Source: Nitrospirales bacterium (GTDB lineage Bacteria > Nitrospirota > Nitrospiria > Nitrospirales > UBA8639). Taken from it: a stretch of 64,000 bases of DNA. The notes under the pieces are model-generated. The model saw only the letters and a list, made by a program, of their open reading frames with translations, was not told the origin of the DNA and did no database searches. The stretch is taken from assembly GCA_963555755.3 (NCBI GenBank), contig OY820905.2, forward strand, positions 352,001 to 416,000, in the 5' to 3' direction. Every line of letters starts with the position of its first letter. Positions within the stretch are counted from its first letter, which is position 1. The translations under genes and the position numbers were made by a program. Of this stretch, positions 50,918 to 61,699 are shown in pieces.

Positions 50918-51071
50918 GGATTCGCGCAAGGATAACGTTCCTCTTTTTGGGTGCTGAGACACCTGTTTGGCAAGGCACGAGGACTGCGCATACTCCTAGG
51001 GAAAGGACGAGCAACGCCGCCAGACGGGATGGACGACGCCAAAAAAGGGGAAATTATCCCTGCGCGAACCC
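50918..51071. mobile_element. MITE copy 2
   Basis: Same family as copy 1, TTA flanks. Confidence 0.83.
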
Positions 51072-51692
51072 TTAGCGGCGTTTTGGTTGTAGGGCCTGTG
51101 CAGATAGGTCCCGATAGAGGTGGCGGATAATTCGGCGAAGCTGCTCTGGCGATAAAGTGCCATCAATCAGGTCATCGGCAAATCGCTTCTTTTGGCTCAA
51201 AGGCATTTGCCCTCGCATACGAGCTAAAGCCTCTTGCCGGGACAGTCCGTCCCGTTGGCACGCCCGGGCGATTTGGGTAGTCCGGTCAGCGGTAACCAGG
51301 AGCACGCGATCCATGCGTTCGTGGGCCTTTGCTTCAATGAGCAAGGCCGCATCATACATAATCACCGCATCCGGGCATTCCTTCGTGATGAGCCTCGTCA
51401 GACGAGCCTGCTCACGAGCCACGCGAGGGTGTACGATTCGGTTCAAGATCTTCAACTGTTTGGGACTGCGAAATACTCGTGCGGCCAAGGCTTCTCGATT
51501 TAACGTCCTGTCTGCATGCAGAATGTTTTTGCCAAAGGCGGCCACTAAGTCTTTCCAGGCCGCTCGACCAGGTTGGACCACGGCCCTTGCCACTTGATCT
51601 GCATCGATAATTTCCGCCCCGCACTGTTGAAACAGCTTCGCCACGGTGGTTTTCCCCGAGGCCAATCCTCCTGTTAATCCGACCAATACCAT
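51072..51692 (-). CDS. coaE: Dephospho-CoA kinase
   Basis: GLTGGLASGKTTV, IDAD, LNRIVHP, DAALLIE. Confidence 0.95.
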   Translation of the reverse strand: MVLVGLTGGLASGKTTVAKLFQQCGAEIIDADQVARAVVQPGRAAWKDLVAAFGKNILHADRTLNREALAARVFRSPKQLKILNRIVHPRVAREQARLTRLITKECPDAVIMYDAALLIEAKAHERMDRVLLVTADRTTQIARACQRDGLSRQEALARMRGQMPLSQKKRFADDLIDGTLSPEQLRRIIRHLYRDLSAQALQPKRR

Positions 51693-51979
51693 AGCACGAC
51701 ATAGTAAAGGCATTTTGGCACTACGTCGAGGGCTGATGTTGAAACAAGACTGGTCCGGGAAACTTGACCACCAAACTAAGCTTCCTGTATGTGCCTTAGA
51801 AGAGTGTATATTGTCCCAAGGAAGGACTGTTACATCTTGTGAGCCCCCAGTGTTTAACAACTGCGTTCCCAAATCAGTCCCCAAATGAGCCCCCCTTTGG
51901 AAAAGGGGGTTAGGGGGATTTTAGAAATAATTTTTTTTCATACCGTGCTAGTTGGGGCGGGGACTCCTAAAAGGAATTT

Positions 51980-53026
51980 ATGGTGATAGTTAGGCAATCC
52001 GTGCCAATGAGAGTGTTCATGATCGTGCTCTGTTTGTGGTGCGGGACTAGCCTGGCCGTAGCTCAACAGGGCTCAATACCTCAAGGCCCTGAACCACATG
52101 AGGGAGAAACCTGGACCGTAGCCTTGGATGGAACTGGCCACTTCATGTCGATTCAAGAAGCGATTGATCAAGCACACAACGGGGACATCATATATATTAA
52201 AGCCGGAGAGTATGTTGAAGATGTCACGGTGCACAGTAAGGAAGGGCTCAAAATCATTGGCGCGGGGATGAAGAAAGTGTTCATCGCCGGGTTAGAACGT
52301 GTGGGAACCCTGCATATTGGAAAATGGCCCTATGGCGCCACCAATGTTGAAATTAGTGGCATGACGATTCAGCAACACGGTGGTCTCGGCGTCGGCATTT
52401 TTAATGGCGCCGGAGTGACACTCAGGGATATTCACGTCAAGGGGCTAATCTTCAGCCAACAAGTCCAGAGGGTGCGAATTGAAAATTGTATTGTGGGTGG
52501 CAGTGAAACCACCGGAATATCCTTTGCCGACTCAGACGCCATTCTCATTGGCAATCTCATTCACGATAATGATCATGGGGTGTCCGTTGGCGGGAAGTCG
52601 AAAGTGGAGCTTAAACACAATGTAATTACCCGAAGTTTGTTTGAAGCTGTCTTAGTCGCTGATAAAGGTCAGGCTAGCGTTGTTCAAAATACACTGGTCA
52701 ACAATGGCGGCGGCGTGAAATTTCAAGACGAATCTTCAGGAGAAATCCGAGGCAATATTATCACTCACTCAAAAGTAGGCGTGGCGTATTCCTCTAAAAA
52801 CAAGGTGACCAGATCTTATAACGTATTCCATAACAATAAAATCCATGATCAAATAAATGGAATGACCGTCGAATTGGCATCAACCAATAACGCAACGACT
52901 GCCCTCTACGTCCAACCTCATTTTGTTGGCCCTGAACGCGGAGACTTCCGATTAAAAACAGACTCTCCCCTTTTGGGTGTTGGCGATTTCCCCTTTCTTG
53001 GGGCTCTGGGTTCTTTAGTCGAATAA
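51980..53026 (+). CDS. Secreted right-handed parallel beta-helix protein
   Basis: Signal peptide, SIQEAID..GD.I.IKAGEY.E, PbH1-type repeats, DFRLKTDSP. Confidence 0.8.
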   Translation: MVIVRQSVPMRVFMIVLCLWCGTSLAVAQQGSIPQGPEPHEGETWTVALDGTGHFMSIQEAIDQAHNGDIIYIKAGEYVEDVTVHSKEGLKIIGAGMKKVFIAGLERVGTLHIGKWPYGATNVEISGMTIQQHGGLGVGIFNGAGVTLRDIHVKGLIFSQQVQRVRIENCIVGGSETTGISFADSDAILIGNLIHDNDHGVSVGGKSKVELKHNVITRSLFEAVLVADKGQASVVQNTLVNNGGGVKFQDESSGEIRGNIITHSKVGVAYSSKNKVTRSYNVFHNNKIHDQINGMTVELASTNNATTALYVQPHFVGPERGDFRLKTDSPLLGVGDFPFLGALGSLVE

Positions 53027-53415
53027 CATTCTTTCCGTTTTTCCTGATCTTTCAGTTCAACAGCTCTTCCAATCAACCTAAAAACGGCAGTGACATAGCA
53101 GCTCTCCCGTTCCTGCTTCGACCCTTCGACATACTCAGGACTCAGCACAAACGGAGTGTCGTGGCCGCTACCCGTTGGGTGAGAGTCCGTTCGTCCTGAG
53201 CGCTGCGGTCCTTCGGTTTCGCCATACCTCACGAGAGACCGTGGGCGTATACACCCCCAGGACTTGGGCAATCGTGGTCTGAGTCTGACGGGTGTACGGT
53301 AGGGCATAGATCTAATACCGTGCTTTTTGATTGAGTTGGAAGTAGGGTCTCATGAGTGTTCCTTTGATTGGCTGACCGAAAGGGACGGTGCAGAGCCTAC
53401 CGCAGCTCGCCCTTA

Positions 53416-53572
53416 GGGTTCGCGCAAGAATAACTTCACATTTGGGGGTGTTGAGACGCCTGTCTGGCAAGGCGCGAGGACTGCGCATACTCCTCGTATG
53501 GAAGGGACGAGCAACGCCGCCAGACGGGATGGATCGACGCCCAAACATGGGAAGTTATTCTTGCGCGAACCC
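53416..53572. mobile_element. MITE copy 3
   Basis: Same family as copy 1, TTA flanks. Confidence 0.85.
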
Positions 53573-53585
53573 TTAAGACCAACTC

Positions 53586-53990
53586 TCAAAGTTGCCCTGA
53601 CAAGTTGAATGCACGCCCAAATAAATGACAGGTCTGCAGATAGGCTTTCCCGCACGCACGCTCTTTCTGTGATGGCACCTGGTGCAGGGTGATCGGGGCA
53701 ACGGCGGCGAGGGTGTCAGTGATCGGCGCCGTGGCAGGCGGCTCTTGAAACGCAGGGATGGGGTGGCCCGGCGCCTGTTTGACTTGCTTGGCAGGCAGGG
53801 GCACAATCCCGTGTGCTTCTAGCTCCTCCATCAACAAGGTCATACAGGACGGCACCTTGTACTGGCCAATGGGCGTGGTCCAGCGGAGAGTCTCACCCAC
53901 GGTGCGCGCCAATTCCTTCCGACTCAGGTTGGGGAATAGCTGGACGATTTTCTGCACCTGCGCCAGCTGTTTTCAGGTGAACCCTAAGGC
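53586..53990 (-). pseudogene. DUF4338-like fragment (mobile-element associated)
   Basis: FPNLSRKELARTV.E.LRW...G.YK..SC..LL..LE..G...LP pattern. Confidence 0.55.
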
Positions 53991-54349
53991 AAAAAGGGGT
54001 GGCATCCAGGATATGCATGATGGCCCGCCAACGCAGCTGCAGGAAGCTTTGAACCCGAGCGTACGCTTGATGGAGAAGGGGTTGAGGCGACTGAGAACAC
54101 AGTGTAGAGGCTTTCCCGGGTGTTCTGGAAAGGTGAAGATCCATAAGCTTGGCCTACTTGTCCGCCACCGTTTCACTACCAAGACTAGGTGCTTGTGGCA
54201 CCTTCGGATTTTTTCAACGAAATCCGCCGAAGGGCTGGTGAAGGTGTAGAACCAGAGGAGATGTTCTTGAAGTTTAAATTTGGTAATTATATACTTGTGT
54301 GACCTAGATAATTATGATATGATCCTTCTATAATAAAAAGGAGATTGTC

Positions 54350-55267
54350 ATGATTAAGCAATTCGCCAGCCTCTACGAAATGATGGGAACCTTCCCAGAC
54401 GAGCAATCCTGCATTGATCATCTCCGTAGCATCAGATGGAAAAGTGGAGCCTACTGTCCTCACTGCGGTGCCAATAAGGTTTATCATTTCACGGATAACA
54501 GGAACCATAAATGTGGGATTTGCTTGCGCCGCTTTAGCATAAAAGTTGGGACTATTTTTGAAGATAGTAAAATCTCTCTCCGGAAATGGTTTATGGCCAT
54601 CTATCTTATTACTTCACATAAGAAGGGCATCGCTTCAACCCAATTAGCTAAGGATATTAAGGTTACTCAAAAGACTGCCTGGTTCATGCTTCAAAGGCTA
54701 CGGTTTGCAACAGAAACTAAATCCTTTCGTGAGCCATTGACTGGGCAAATAGAGATTGACGAAACCTACATTGGCGGTAAAGAAAAGAATAAACATGCCT
54801 GGAAGAAGAAGGAAGGGACTCAGGGACGAAGCACTAAAACTAAGGCTATAGTAATTGGCATGATCGAGAGGGGTGGGGAAATCCGAGTAAAGAAACTTCC
54901 CGATGGCAAGACCAGCACAGTTAGCAAGCAAGTTTTTAGTAACGTCAAAGAAGGTTCAAGGGTCATTACTGATGACTTCAAATCGTACGGTCTTCTAGCT
55001 AGCAAATATAAACATGAAGTTGTCACGCATAGCGTAGGAGAATATAGCGTTGGGGATCGGCACACTAATACCATTGAGGGTGTCTGGTCTCTTCTGAAGC
55101 GAGGAATAATCGGAATCTATCACCATGTCAGCCCCAAGCATTTACCCTTTTACCTGCATGAATTTGCTTATAGATATAACACGATAGGTTTAACTGAAGG
55201 GCAAAGAGTCAATGCGCTGTTAGGCCAGTGTGGTGGACGCATTACCTATAAGGAGGTGATTGCATGA
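54350..55267 (+). CDS. IS1595-family transposase
   Basis: CPHCG..CGIC zinc finger, EIDETYIGG, ITDD, HTNTIEG, EFAYRYN. Confidence 0.93.
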   Translation: MIKQFASLYEMMGTFPDEQSCIDHLRSIRWKSGAYCPHCGANKVYHFTDNRNHKCGICLRRFSIKVGTIFEDSKISLRKWFMAIYLITSHKKGIASTQLAKDIKVTQKTAWFMLQRLRFATETKSFREPLTGQIEIDETYIGGKEKNKHAWKKKEGTQGRSTKTKAIVIGMIERGGEIRVKKLPDGKTSTVSKQVFSNVKEGSRVITDDFKSYGLLASKYKHEVVTHSVGEYSVGDRHTNTIEGVWSLLKRGIIGIYHHVSPKHLPFYLHEFAYRYNTIGLTEGQRVNALLGQCGGRITYKEVIA

Positions 55268-56244
55268 GTAAGGAAACGGAAGAGAGCAGTGGGTACGAAA
55301 AGCCCATCAAGATAGATATAAGCACAGAAGAAGCCATACAACGCTTTGCAAAAGTTACAAAGGAAGAAATTAGTCAGCAGAGCGGGAATAAGGACGTGCT
55401 CCCAGAGGGAGAGACTCAATTAGTCATGTTTCGTGGCAAAGAGATTCGCCAGGTTTTACATGATGATGAATGGTTTTTCTCCATTGTTGATGTAATTGAA
55501 GCCCTGACTGGATCTGATCGTCCGAGTAAATATTGGAAGGACTTAAAGAAGCAACTCATTGAAAAAGAAGACTTTTTTGAGATTTCCGATAGAATCGGAA
55601 ATCTCCCCATGCCCACATCGGATGGGAAAATGCGTGGGACAGAGTCGGCGAATGCCGAAACCATCTTTAGAATTGTGCAATCCATCCCTTCCAAAAAAGC
55701 CGAACCTTTCAAGAAGTGGCTAGCCAAGGTTGGCTATGAGCGAATTCAGGAAAGTCAAGACCCAGAAATTGCCATTAAAAGAGCAATGCTCACTTATAAG
55801 ACCAAGGGGCATACGGATGAGTGGATCAACTCTCGCATACAAACAATAGCTAGCCGAAAAGAATTAACCAGTGAGTGGAAAAAGAGGGGCGTGGAAGATG
55901 GGCATCAATTCGCAATTTTGACCAACACTATATCTAAGGGGACGTTTGACTTACAGGTTCACCAACATAAGGCAAAAAAAGGACTCGAGAAGTCTCACAA
56001 TCTGAGAGACCATATGTCTCCTCTAGAACTGGCGTTAACAATGCTTGGCGAAACGACAACTGCTGAAATGGCAAAGACGCAAAACGCACAGGGGTTTCCT
56101 GAGAACCAGAATGCAGCTAAAGCTGGTGGGGATGTTGCTGGAAGCGCAAGGAAAAATATTGAAAAGAAAATTGGCAAATCGGTGGTCACCAAGGAAAATT
56201 TTCTTCCTGGCCCAAAGCCAGAGCAAACAAAATTCCCTGAATAG
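55264..56244 (+). CDS. Bro-N domain (antirepressor-like) passenger protein
   Basis: WFFSIVDVI..LT, YWKDLK, QSIPSKKAEPFKKWLA, NLRDHM. Confidence 0.82.
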   Translation: MSKETEESSGYEKPIKIDISTEEAIQRFAKVTKEEISQQSGNKDVLPEGETQLVMFRGKEIRQVLHDDEWFFSIVDVIEALTGSDRPSKYWKDLKKQLIEKEDFFEISDRIGNLPMPTSDGKMRGTESANAETIFRIVQSIPSKKAEPFKKWLAKVGYERIQESQDPEIAIKRAMLTYKTKGHTDEWINSRIQTIASRKELTSEWKKRGVEDGHQFAILTNTISKGTFDLQVHQHKAKKGLEKSHNLRDHMSPLELALTMLGETTTAEMAKTQNAQGFPENQNAAKAGGDVAGSARKNIEKKIGKSVVTKENFLPGPKPEQTKFPE

Positions 56245-56483
56245 CCCTTCCCTTTTATTTCCTGCAAAAAAGTAGGTCAGTCATGTATATAGTTACCTTA
56301 ATTTTCCATTCATCGTGTGAGGCAACCTCAATCTGTCTGGACAGATCTTACCGTCATCGGGTCAACGTCGGGGGAGTTTGCACACACTATGACAAGGCAT
56401 TACTGGGGTTGTGCAGGGGAAAGGCCTATCGAATAGGGGTTAGATCTTTCGAGTTAGGGCCTCATGATTCGGGCCCGTCTTCA

Positions 56484-57053
56484 TCATTCTTCCTTATCTT
56501 CTGGTTCCCCCGAAGAAGGGGGTTTCCGGCAATTGATTGGGACAGCCGGGTTAGCGGGGTCGCTCCCGCAGCCAACGGCGGATGCTTCGAAACGAATACT
56601 GTTATAGGTTGAGGCCCCTTGGAAGGTCACCAGATCCATTGGGATATCCATGCTAGGACTGCGAACGCCGCGAATGTCTTTTCCCACTTTGATGAGGGAA
56701 AAATCTTCCCCGGTGATAGGGTCTTTGTAGACCGCCTGGAGATAACGCTTGGGCCGTTTGGTCAAATCTTCCAACTTGAGGGGATATCGGTTAGACCTGG
56801 TGGCTTTTTGCACTTCATAATCAGCGACATAGCGTTCGATGGCTTCTTTGATCCGATTACCGCGAAAAGCCAATTCAGCCTCCCGGTCGCGTTTCATGAC
56901 CACTGACCAATGTTGAGTGACCGCCATCAGCGTGATGCTCAGGAGGACAATGATAAACATCATCATTAAATACGTCGCGCCGTGTTGGGTGAAGGGTAGC
57001 CAACGACAGCTCTCATCGCGTGGTGTCGGAAAAGGTAGACGAGATTTTTTCAC
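56484..57053 (-). CDS. Type II secretion pseudopilin-like protein
   Basis: QHG|ATY then hydrophobic helix, REAELAFRG, YP..LEDL, YKDPITG; start uncertain. Confidence 0.75.
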   Translation of the reverse strand: MKKSRLPFPTPRDESCRWLPFTQHGATYLMMMFIIVLLSITLMAVTQHWSVVMKRDREAELAFRGNRIKEAIERYVADYEVQKATRSNRYPLKLEDLTKRPKRYLQAVYKDPITGEDFSLIKVGKDIRGVRSPSMDIPMDLVTFQGASTYNSIRFEASAVGCGSDPANPAVPINCRKPPSSGEPEDKEE

Positions 57054-57057
57054 CGCG

Positions 57058-57726
57058 TTACACCGGCCATCGTTCTTCCCGCCAGGCCATGTCCCAAAAC
57101 ATCCATTCATAGCGGGAACTGATCAGAAAGGCTTCGATCAGTCGATCCTTTTCGGCTTTTCCAGCGGATTGGGCTTCACGATCGACAAGGGCTCGCATCC
57201 AACGGGTGACCTCTGCAAACTCGGGGGACCCATACAGCAGTAGCCAGTCCCGATAGGGATGTTTGGGAGAAGGCTCTCCCTTCCGCAATAAGTGTTGTCC
57301 CACCACGCAGTACACCCACGCACAGGGCAGAGCTACCACAGTCAGTTCCGCCAATGTGCCAGTTTGAGCCACACTGCGCATGTGGCGACAGTACGCATAA
57401 TTGGTGGGAGACAGCGGGGTGTTGCACATATCCTTGGCAGTGAGCTTCCACTGTTTGCCGTAGGTTTCATGCAGCCCGCGTTCGACCACAATTGTTTCTT
57501 CGACCAGTTTAGCAAAATAAAGGGCGGTGTCGGGATCGTGTGCCCGGTGCGCTCCCAGAGCAAACACGCGAGCGAGCTCTTCCAAGTAGCGGGCATCCTG
57601 AAGAATATAATATTGAAACTTTCGGGTCGGCAGGGTCCCTTTGCCCAAGGCCTTCACAAAGGGGTGCTGCAACTGGGCATCCCAGATGGGCTTTGCTAAC
57701 GTTCGCATGTGATCCGTGAAGCTCAC
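57058..57726 (-). CDS. tenA: Thiaminase II
   Basis: HPFV, YILQDARYL, ALPCAWVY, EWMFWDMA. Confidence 0.93.
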   Translation of the reverse strand: MSFTDHMRTLAKPIWDAQLQHPFVKALGKGTLPTRKFQYYILQDARYLEELARVFALGAHRAHDPDTALYFAKLVEETIVVERGLHETYGKQWKLTAKDMCNTPLSPTNYAYCRHMRSVAQTGTLAELTVVALPCAWVYCVVGQHLLRKGEPSPKHPYRDWLLLYGSPEFAEVTRWMRALVDREAQSAGKAEKDRLIEAFLISSRYEWMFWDMAWREERWPV

Positions 57727-57775
57727 AAGATGACTCCATATTCTGAGGTGTGGAAATTTCGATTGATATTTTTGG

Positions 57776-58429
57776 TTACAACAGCTTTCGCGCAGCTTCA
57801 AATGCCGCGTCCATATCGGGCATGGTCGCGAGGTCGGGTGTGATTTGCAGATATTGAATGACATTGTTCTGATCAACCACCATGATCGCGCGAGCCAGCA
57901 CATGCGGACCTTCTAATAACAGGCCATAGGTTCGACCAAAATCTCCGCCCCGATAATCGGAAAGAAACGTGACATTGTTGATCTTGGCGTCTTTGGCAAA
58001 ACGATCTTGGGCAAATGGCGTGTCCACGCTAATCGTGTACAGATCGACTTGCGCATCGAGGCCGCGATTCTTTTCGCTGAGGTAATGCGTTTGTTGTTCG
58101 CAGACTTTGGTGTCAAGTGACGGCACCATGCTAATCACCCGCACTGTGCCCTTGGTCGAGGCAATGTCCAGGAGTGACAAATCTCCTTTTGCCACATTAA
58201 CCGGTCGAAGTGAGTCACCTTTAGAAATGCCTGTCCCGGATAATGCAAGGGCAGTCCCTCGAAACTGAATGCTCGAACCCTGTCCCGCGGTGGCCGTTCC
58301 TGTGGCGACAGGAATGGATTGGTATGAAAAGCTAGAATCGGTTTCGGGAGACAAAGACCCACATCCGTGTAATTCTAAACCGATGATGAAGCTACAAAGA
58401 ATGATGGAAAATCGTGCGATGGTATTCAT
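57776..58429 (-). CDS. tpx: Thiol peroxidase with predicted lipoprotein signal
   Basis: VPSLDTKVC, ISVDTPFAQ, FGRTYG, LARA; LHGC lipobox. Confidence 0.88.
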   Translation of the reverse strand: MNTIARFSIILCSFIIGLELHGCGSLSPETDSSFSYQSIPVATGTATAGQGSSIQFRGTALALSGTGISKGDSLRPVNVAKGDLSLLDIASTKGTVRVISMVPSLDTKVCEQQTHYLSEKNRGLDAQVDLYTISVDTPFAQDRFAKDAKINNVTFLSDYRGGDFGRTYGLLLEGPHVLARAIMVVDQNNVIQYLQITPDLATMPDMDAAFEAARKLL

Positions 58430-58760
58430 GGGTGGCACCTCCGGGATGCGCGTGTTTCTCGGAATCAATTTGGCGAGGAAATGTGAAGTCAGGATAGGTA
58501 TACGACGAGGTTAGATGGGTGTCAAGATGAAGTCTTTTGCGGGGTTTCGGCCTCGCACGACAAGGCTCTTTCGGCTTGGCTCAGGCCAGGCCTTTTGTTT
58601 CGGAAAAAGGACTCAAAACCATTTTGCCCGTGTGCGGCTCTTCGGGTGCCTTCGCCTCCGCAACGAATCATTTGGCTGCGCAACTCGCTCCGCCAAGGCG
58701 GTGTTCGCCAGTGTGGCCGATTTGGTGCTGCGGCTCCGCCGTACCCAAGGCGACCGTGTT

Positions 58761-58873
58761 GTCATTTCGAGCAGAGCGAGAAATCTCTTCGAAGGGGGGA
58801 GGATTAGATTTCTCCCGCTGGTCGAAATGACAAACGGAAAGACGGGATTCCCGCTTCAAACCGCGGGGATGAC
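58761..58873. repeat. Cluster of REP-like palindromes
   Basis: GTCATTTCGA..GAGAAATCT/AGATTTCTC..TCGAAATGAC and GGATTCCCGC..GCGGGGATGAC. Confidence 0.7.
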
Positions 58874-59090
58874 GGTGGCGAATTGGTGGGGCGGTGGTTG
58901 TATTGAATAAAGAAGCATGTTGTGTCTTTTGGAAAAACATAAGAAAAATTACGAAAATTGGAGTTGTCTGTGATCACGGCTGAAATTATTGCGGTGGGGT
59001 CTGACTTCTCTGGAATTCTGCCGGGACGGCTCCAGGATTTTCTTTGAAATGGAAACGATGCAGAATCTTTTGCTTGCCAGGTGTAAGCCA

Positions 59091-60078
59091 CCTGCATACC
59101 GGCTTAACCCCAGTTGCTACTAGATTTTGTGGGTCCTCTGAATTTTTTGGAGCGGAGCCGGGTCGACTGCGATAGCATTTTCCAGGAGTCGATGAAACAA
59201 GAGGCCCCGAGAGCGCGAGGTCCGACGATTGAATCGAAAGATAAATTCATTCAGGTAGGCGTCGAGGTACTTATGATCAAGGCGTCCCTGGTATGTGCCC
59301 AGTAGCCAACGTTTCACCAGTGAAATGGCACGGTGGACTCGTGGCAACAGGTTGTCCGCGTCTGGGTCGTGATTTCCCCCAACATCGGGCTTTCGCATTG
59401 GTTTGTGCGCATACCCTTCGTCTGCCAGACAGCAATAACTTGTGAGTCCGTCGGTTATAATCGTACTGCCAGGCTCAACATGCTGCTGAACGAAATTCTT
59501 GACATCCGCGCTCGTCCGGCCCTTAAGCGTTTGCATTCGCATTCGCCCACTTCCTTTGTCTTTGATTTCCACGGCAACGCCAACAAGTTGCTTGTTTCCT
59601 TCTCCACCCAACTAGGCTTCATCCACTTCAACTTGCCCGGCAAGACGGTTGCGGGAGGGGCGACCCATCGCAACCCGTAATTTATGAAGCATGAGCCACG
59701 CAGGCTCGTGACCGCTCATCCCCAACACCCTTTGCAACGTTTGAGCGCTCGCTCCATTTTTCTGGCTTGTAAACCACCAGATTGCCTGAAACCAAATGCG
59801 CAACGGGATACGAGAATCTTGAAAAATCGTTCCGGCCAAGGGTGACTGCTGATATTGACAGCTGGAGCACATCGACAACCCTCGCTTGGTTTTCCACCTC
59901 TTTTGATTCCCACATTTCACACAGGTATACCCGTCTGGCCATCGAAGCTTCTCAATATGGGTGCGACAGGCCTCCTCAGTAAAAAAACGGGTCATCAGAT
60001 CGGCCATGTCCTTGGGGTAACTCACCATGTCGCAAAACACTACATAGTGGGGCAACTGGAGTCAAGCCGGTATGCAGG
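59091..60078 (-). mobile_element. IS1595-family element, transposase interrupted by in-frame TAG at 59612-59614
   Basis: Inverted ends CCTGCATACCGGCTT.AC.CCAGTTGC; CVKC/CSSC, EVDEA*LGG, ITDG, EFIFRFNRR. Confidence 0.87.
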
Positions 60079-60308
60079 GCCGAAAGCGATTCAACCTGGG
60101 GTATGGTGTGAATGGTGGAGTCCTTTGCTTGGACACTGTACCGGGCAAGTTGTCTCGCTGACCGTAGGGGGCTATGTGGTAACGAATCATTCCGTCATAG
60201 GCCCACATGAGCAGGTCGAGATTCCCGTTGCTTGGCTTTGTGGCGTGTATCGAGAGCAGCAAACACCATATTAAACCTTAACAAAGAACCGAAAACCATT
60301 AAAGGATA

Positions 60309-60890
60309 GTGACCAAAGAGGAGGACAAAGAGATGGGAAATCTTCTGGAAACCTTAATGAAACAGGCCGCCATAGATGCGGAAGAACAAGCCGATTTAAT
60401 GTCCGATGACAATGCGGTGGTCCTTAGCGCAGAATCTGAATCCTTTGGCCTTGGCCAAGAGATTTGGTGGAAGCCAAAGCTAGCCACAGACGAATTGGGA
60501 CCAGGGACAATTCTTTTCCGAAAAATTGACTACACGCTCCTTCATAAGCCGACAGTCAATCAAAGACCACAAAGGAAAGAGGACTTACCTTGTTCCTTCT
60601 ATGGCCAAATGGTCTCTAAGGTGCTCGTGGAATTTCAGGGAATGGAATGTCTGGTTATTCCATCCACCATCACCAGGCGGGGAGCCCATTCCCTTGATCC
60701 CCTTTTAGGAACATCCGAAGACACTGAGAACTTGGTGTTTTGCAAATGTGAGGTACCAACTGTGGGCCCCGAGGTCGGGTTATGTGAGTGCATTTGCGGA
60801 AAACCACTTGAGCTGTGCATTTGTTGTATATGCGGGGCAATCGTCAAAATCCCAGTAGTGGACTCTGCATTTATGGAACCATGTCTTTAA
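60309..60890 (+). CDS. Hypothetical protein with Cys-rich C-terminus
   Basis: ORF with GGAGG before ATG near 60333; no family recognised. Confidence 0.45.
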   Translation: MTKEEDKEMGNLLETLMKQAAIDAEEQADLMSDDNAVVLSAESESFGLGQEIWWKPKLATDELGPGTILFRKIDYTLLHKPTVNQRPQRKEDLPCSFYGQMVSKVLVEFQGMECLVIPSTITRRGAHSLDPLLGTSEDTENLVFCKCEVPTVGPEVGLCECICGKPLELCICCICGAIVKIPVVDSAFMEPCL

Positions 60891-61159
60891 AGCTGACCCA
60901 CTGTCGGATGATGGCTTCGTCGTTCCGGGCCCTAGGACCTCCTACGATCGGATAAAATTGTGAGGGACTCGGATAACGAGAACGTCCTAATCTTCCTAAA
61001 TGCGGACGAGAAGTGCTGATATTGGGCTGGTCGATGATTTGGTGTGGTGATGGGCAAGTGTGGGGCAGTAGTCCGAGAGGTCCCAACGCCCACGGAACCA
61101 AATTCGGTCACCAAGACAGGACAACTTATTGCCTACCAAAGGAAGGGAGGTAAACTTTA

Positions 61160-61576
61160 ATGAAGGATACCCAAACACAAGAAAATTTTATCGAGTTGCG
61201 TGCCAAAAATTGGAGTTTTGATCGGATCGGAAAGGAATTAAAGGTCAGCAAGCCGACACTTATCGCTTGGAGCAGGGAATTCCAACTGGAAATTTCCAAC
61301 CTGCGAGCCCTGGAATTGGATAGCCTTCAAGAAAAATTTGCGTTGACCAAGATGAAAAGACTGGAACTGTTTGGAGAAAAACTAAATTCCTTAAAGGAAG
61401 AACTCGACCAGCGGAATCTGACAGACCTCTCAACCGAAAAACTGTTGGAGTTTATTCTGAAATATGGATCAACGCTCAAGAGTGAGGAAGTTATGGTTGA
61501 ATTTCGTCAAAAAGAGGACGTGACCGAAAACCTCATGAAAAACCTGGGGCACACCGTAGCCAGATGGGAAGCATAG
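61160..61576 (+). CDS. HTH-domain protein
   Basis: GGAGG RBS; FIELRA..WSFDRIGKELKVSKPTLIAW. Confidence 0.72.
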   Translation: MKDTQTQENFIELRAKNWSFDRIGKELKVSKPTLIAWSREFQLEISNLRALELDSLQEKFALTKMKRLELFGEKLNSLKEELDQRNLTDLSTEKLLEFILKYGSTLKSEEVMVEFRQKEDVTENLMKNLGHTVARWEA

Positions 61577-61699
61577 ATGTGTACCAAAACTTGACCATTT
61601 TTTGACCACTCTATACCAGAACAATAGTCCTCATTATCTCCCATATAAGCCATCACTTCTGAAAAAAATAAACATGCTCAAAGGCAAAGCGTTAGGGTG

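Larger units (their letters stand above)
54282..56297 (+). mobile_element. IS1595-family element with passenger gene (tIS)
   Basis: TIRs GGTAATTATATACTTG and CATGTATATAGTTACC; imperfect 8 bp flanks TTAAATTT/TTAATTTT. Confidence 0.85.

Noticed and set aside
44852..53576. MFGRRSIPSGGVARPF-type ORFs and ORF extensions
   Set aside because: Translations of the MITE copies
58515..58910. Overlapping short ORFs upstream of tpx
   Set aside because: Region is made of palindromic repeats; no protein family recognised
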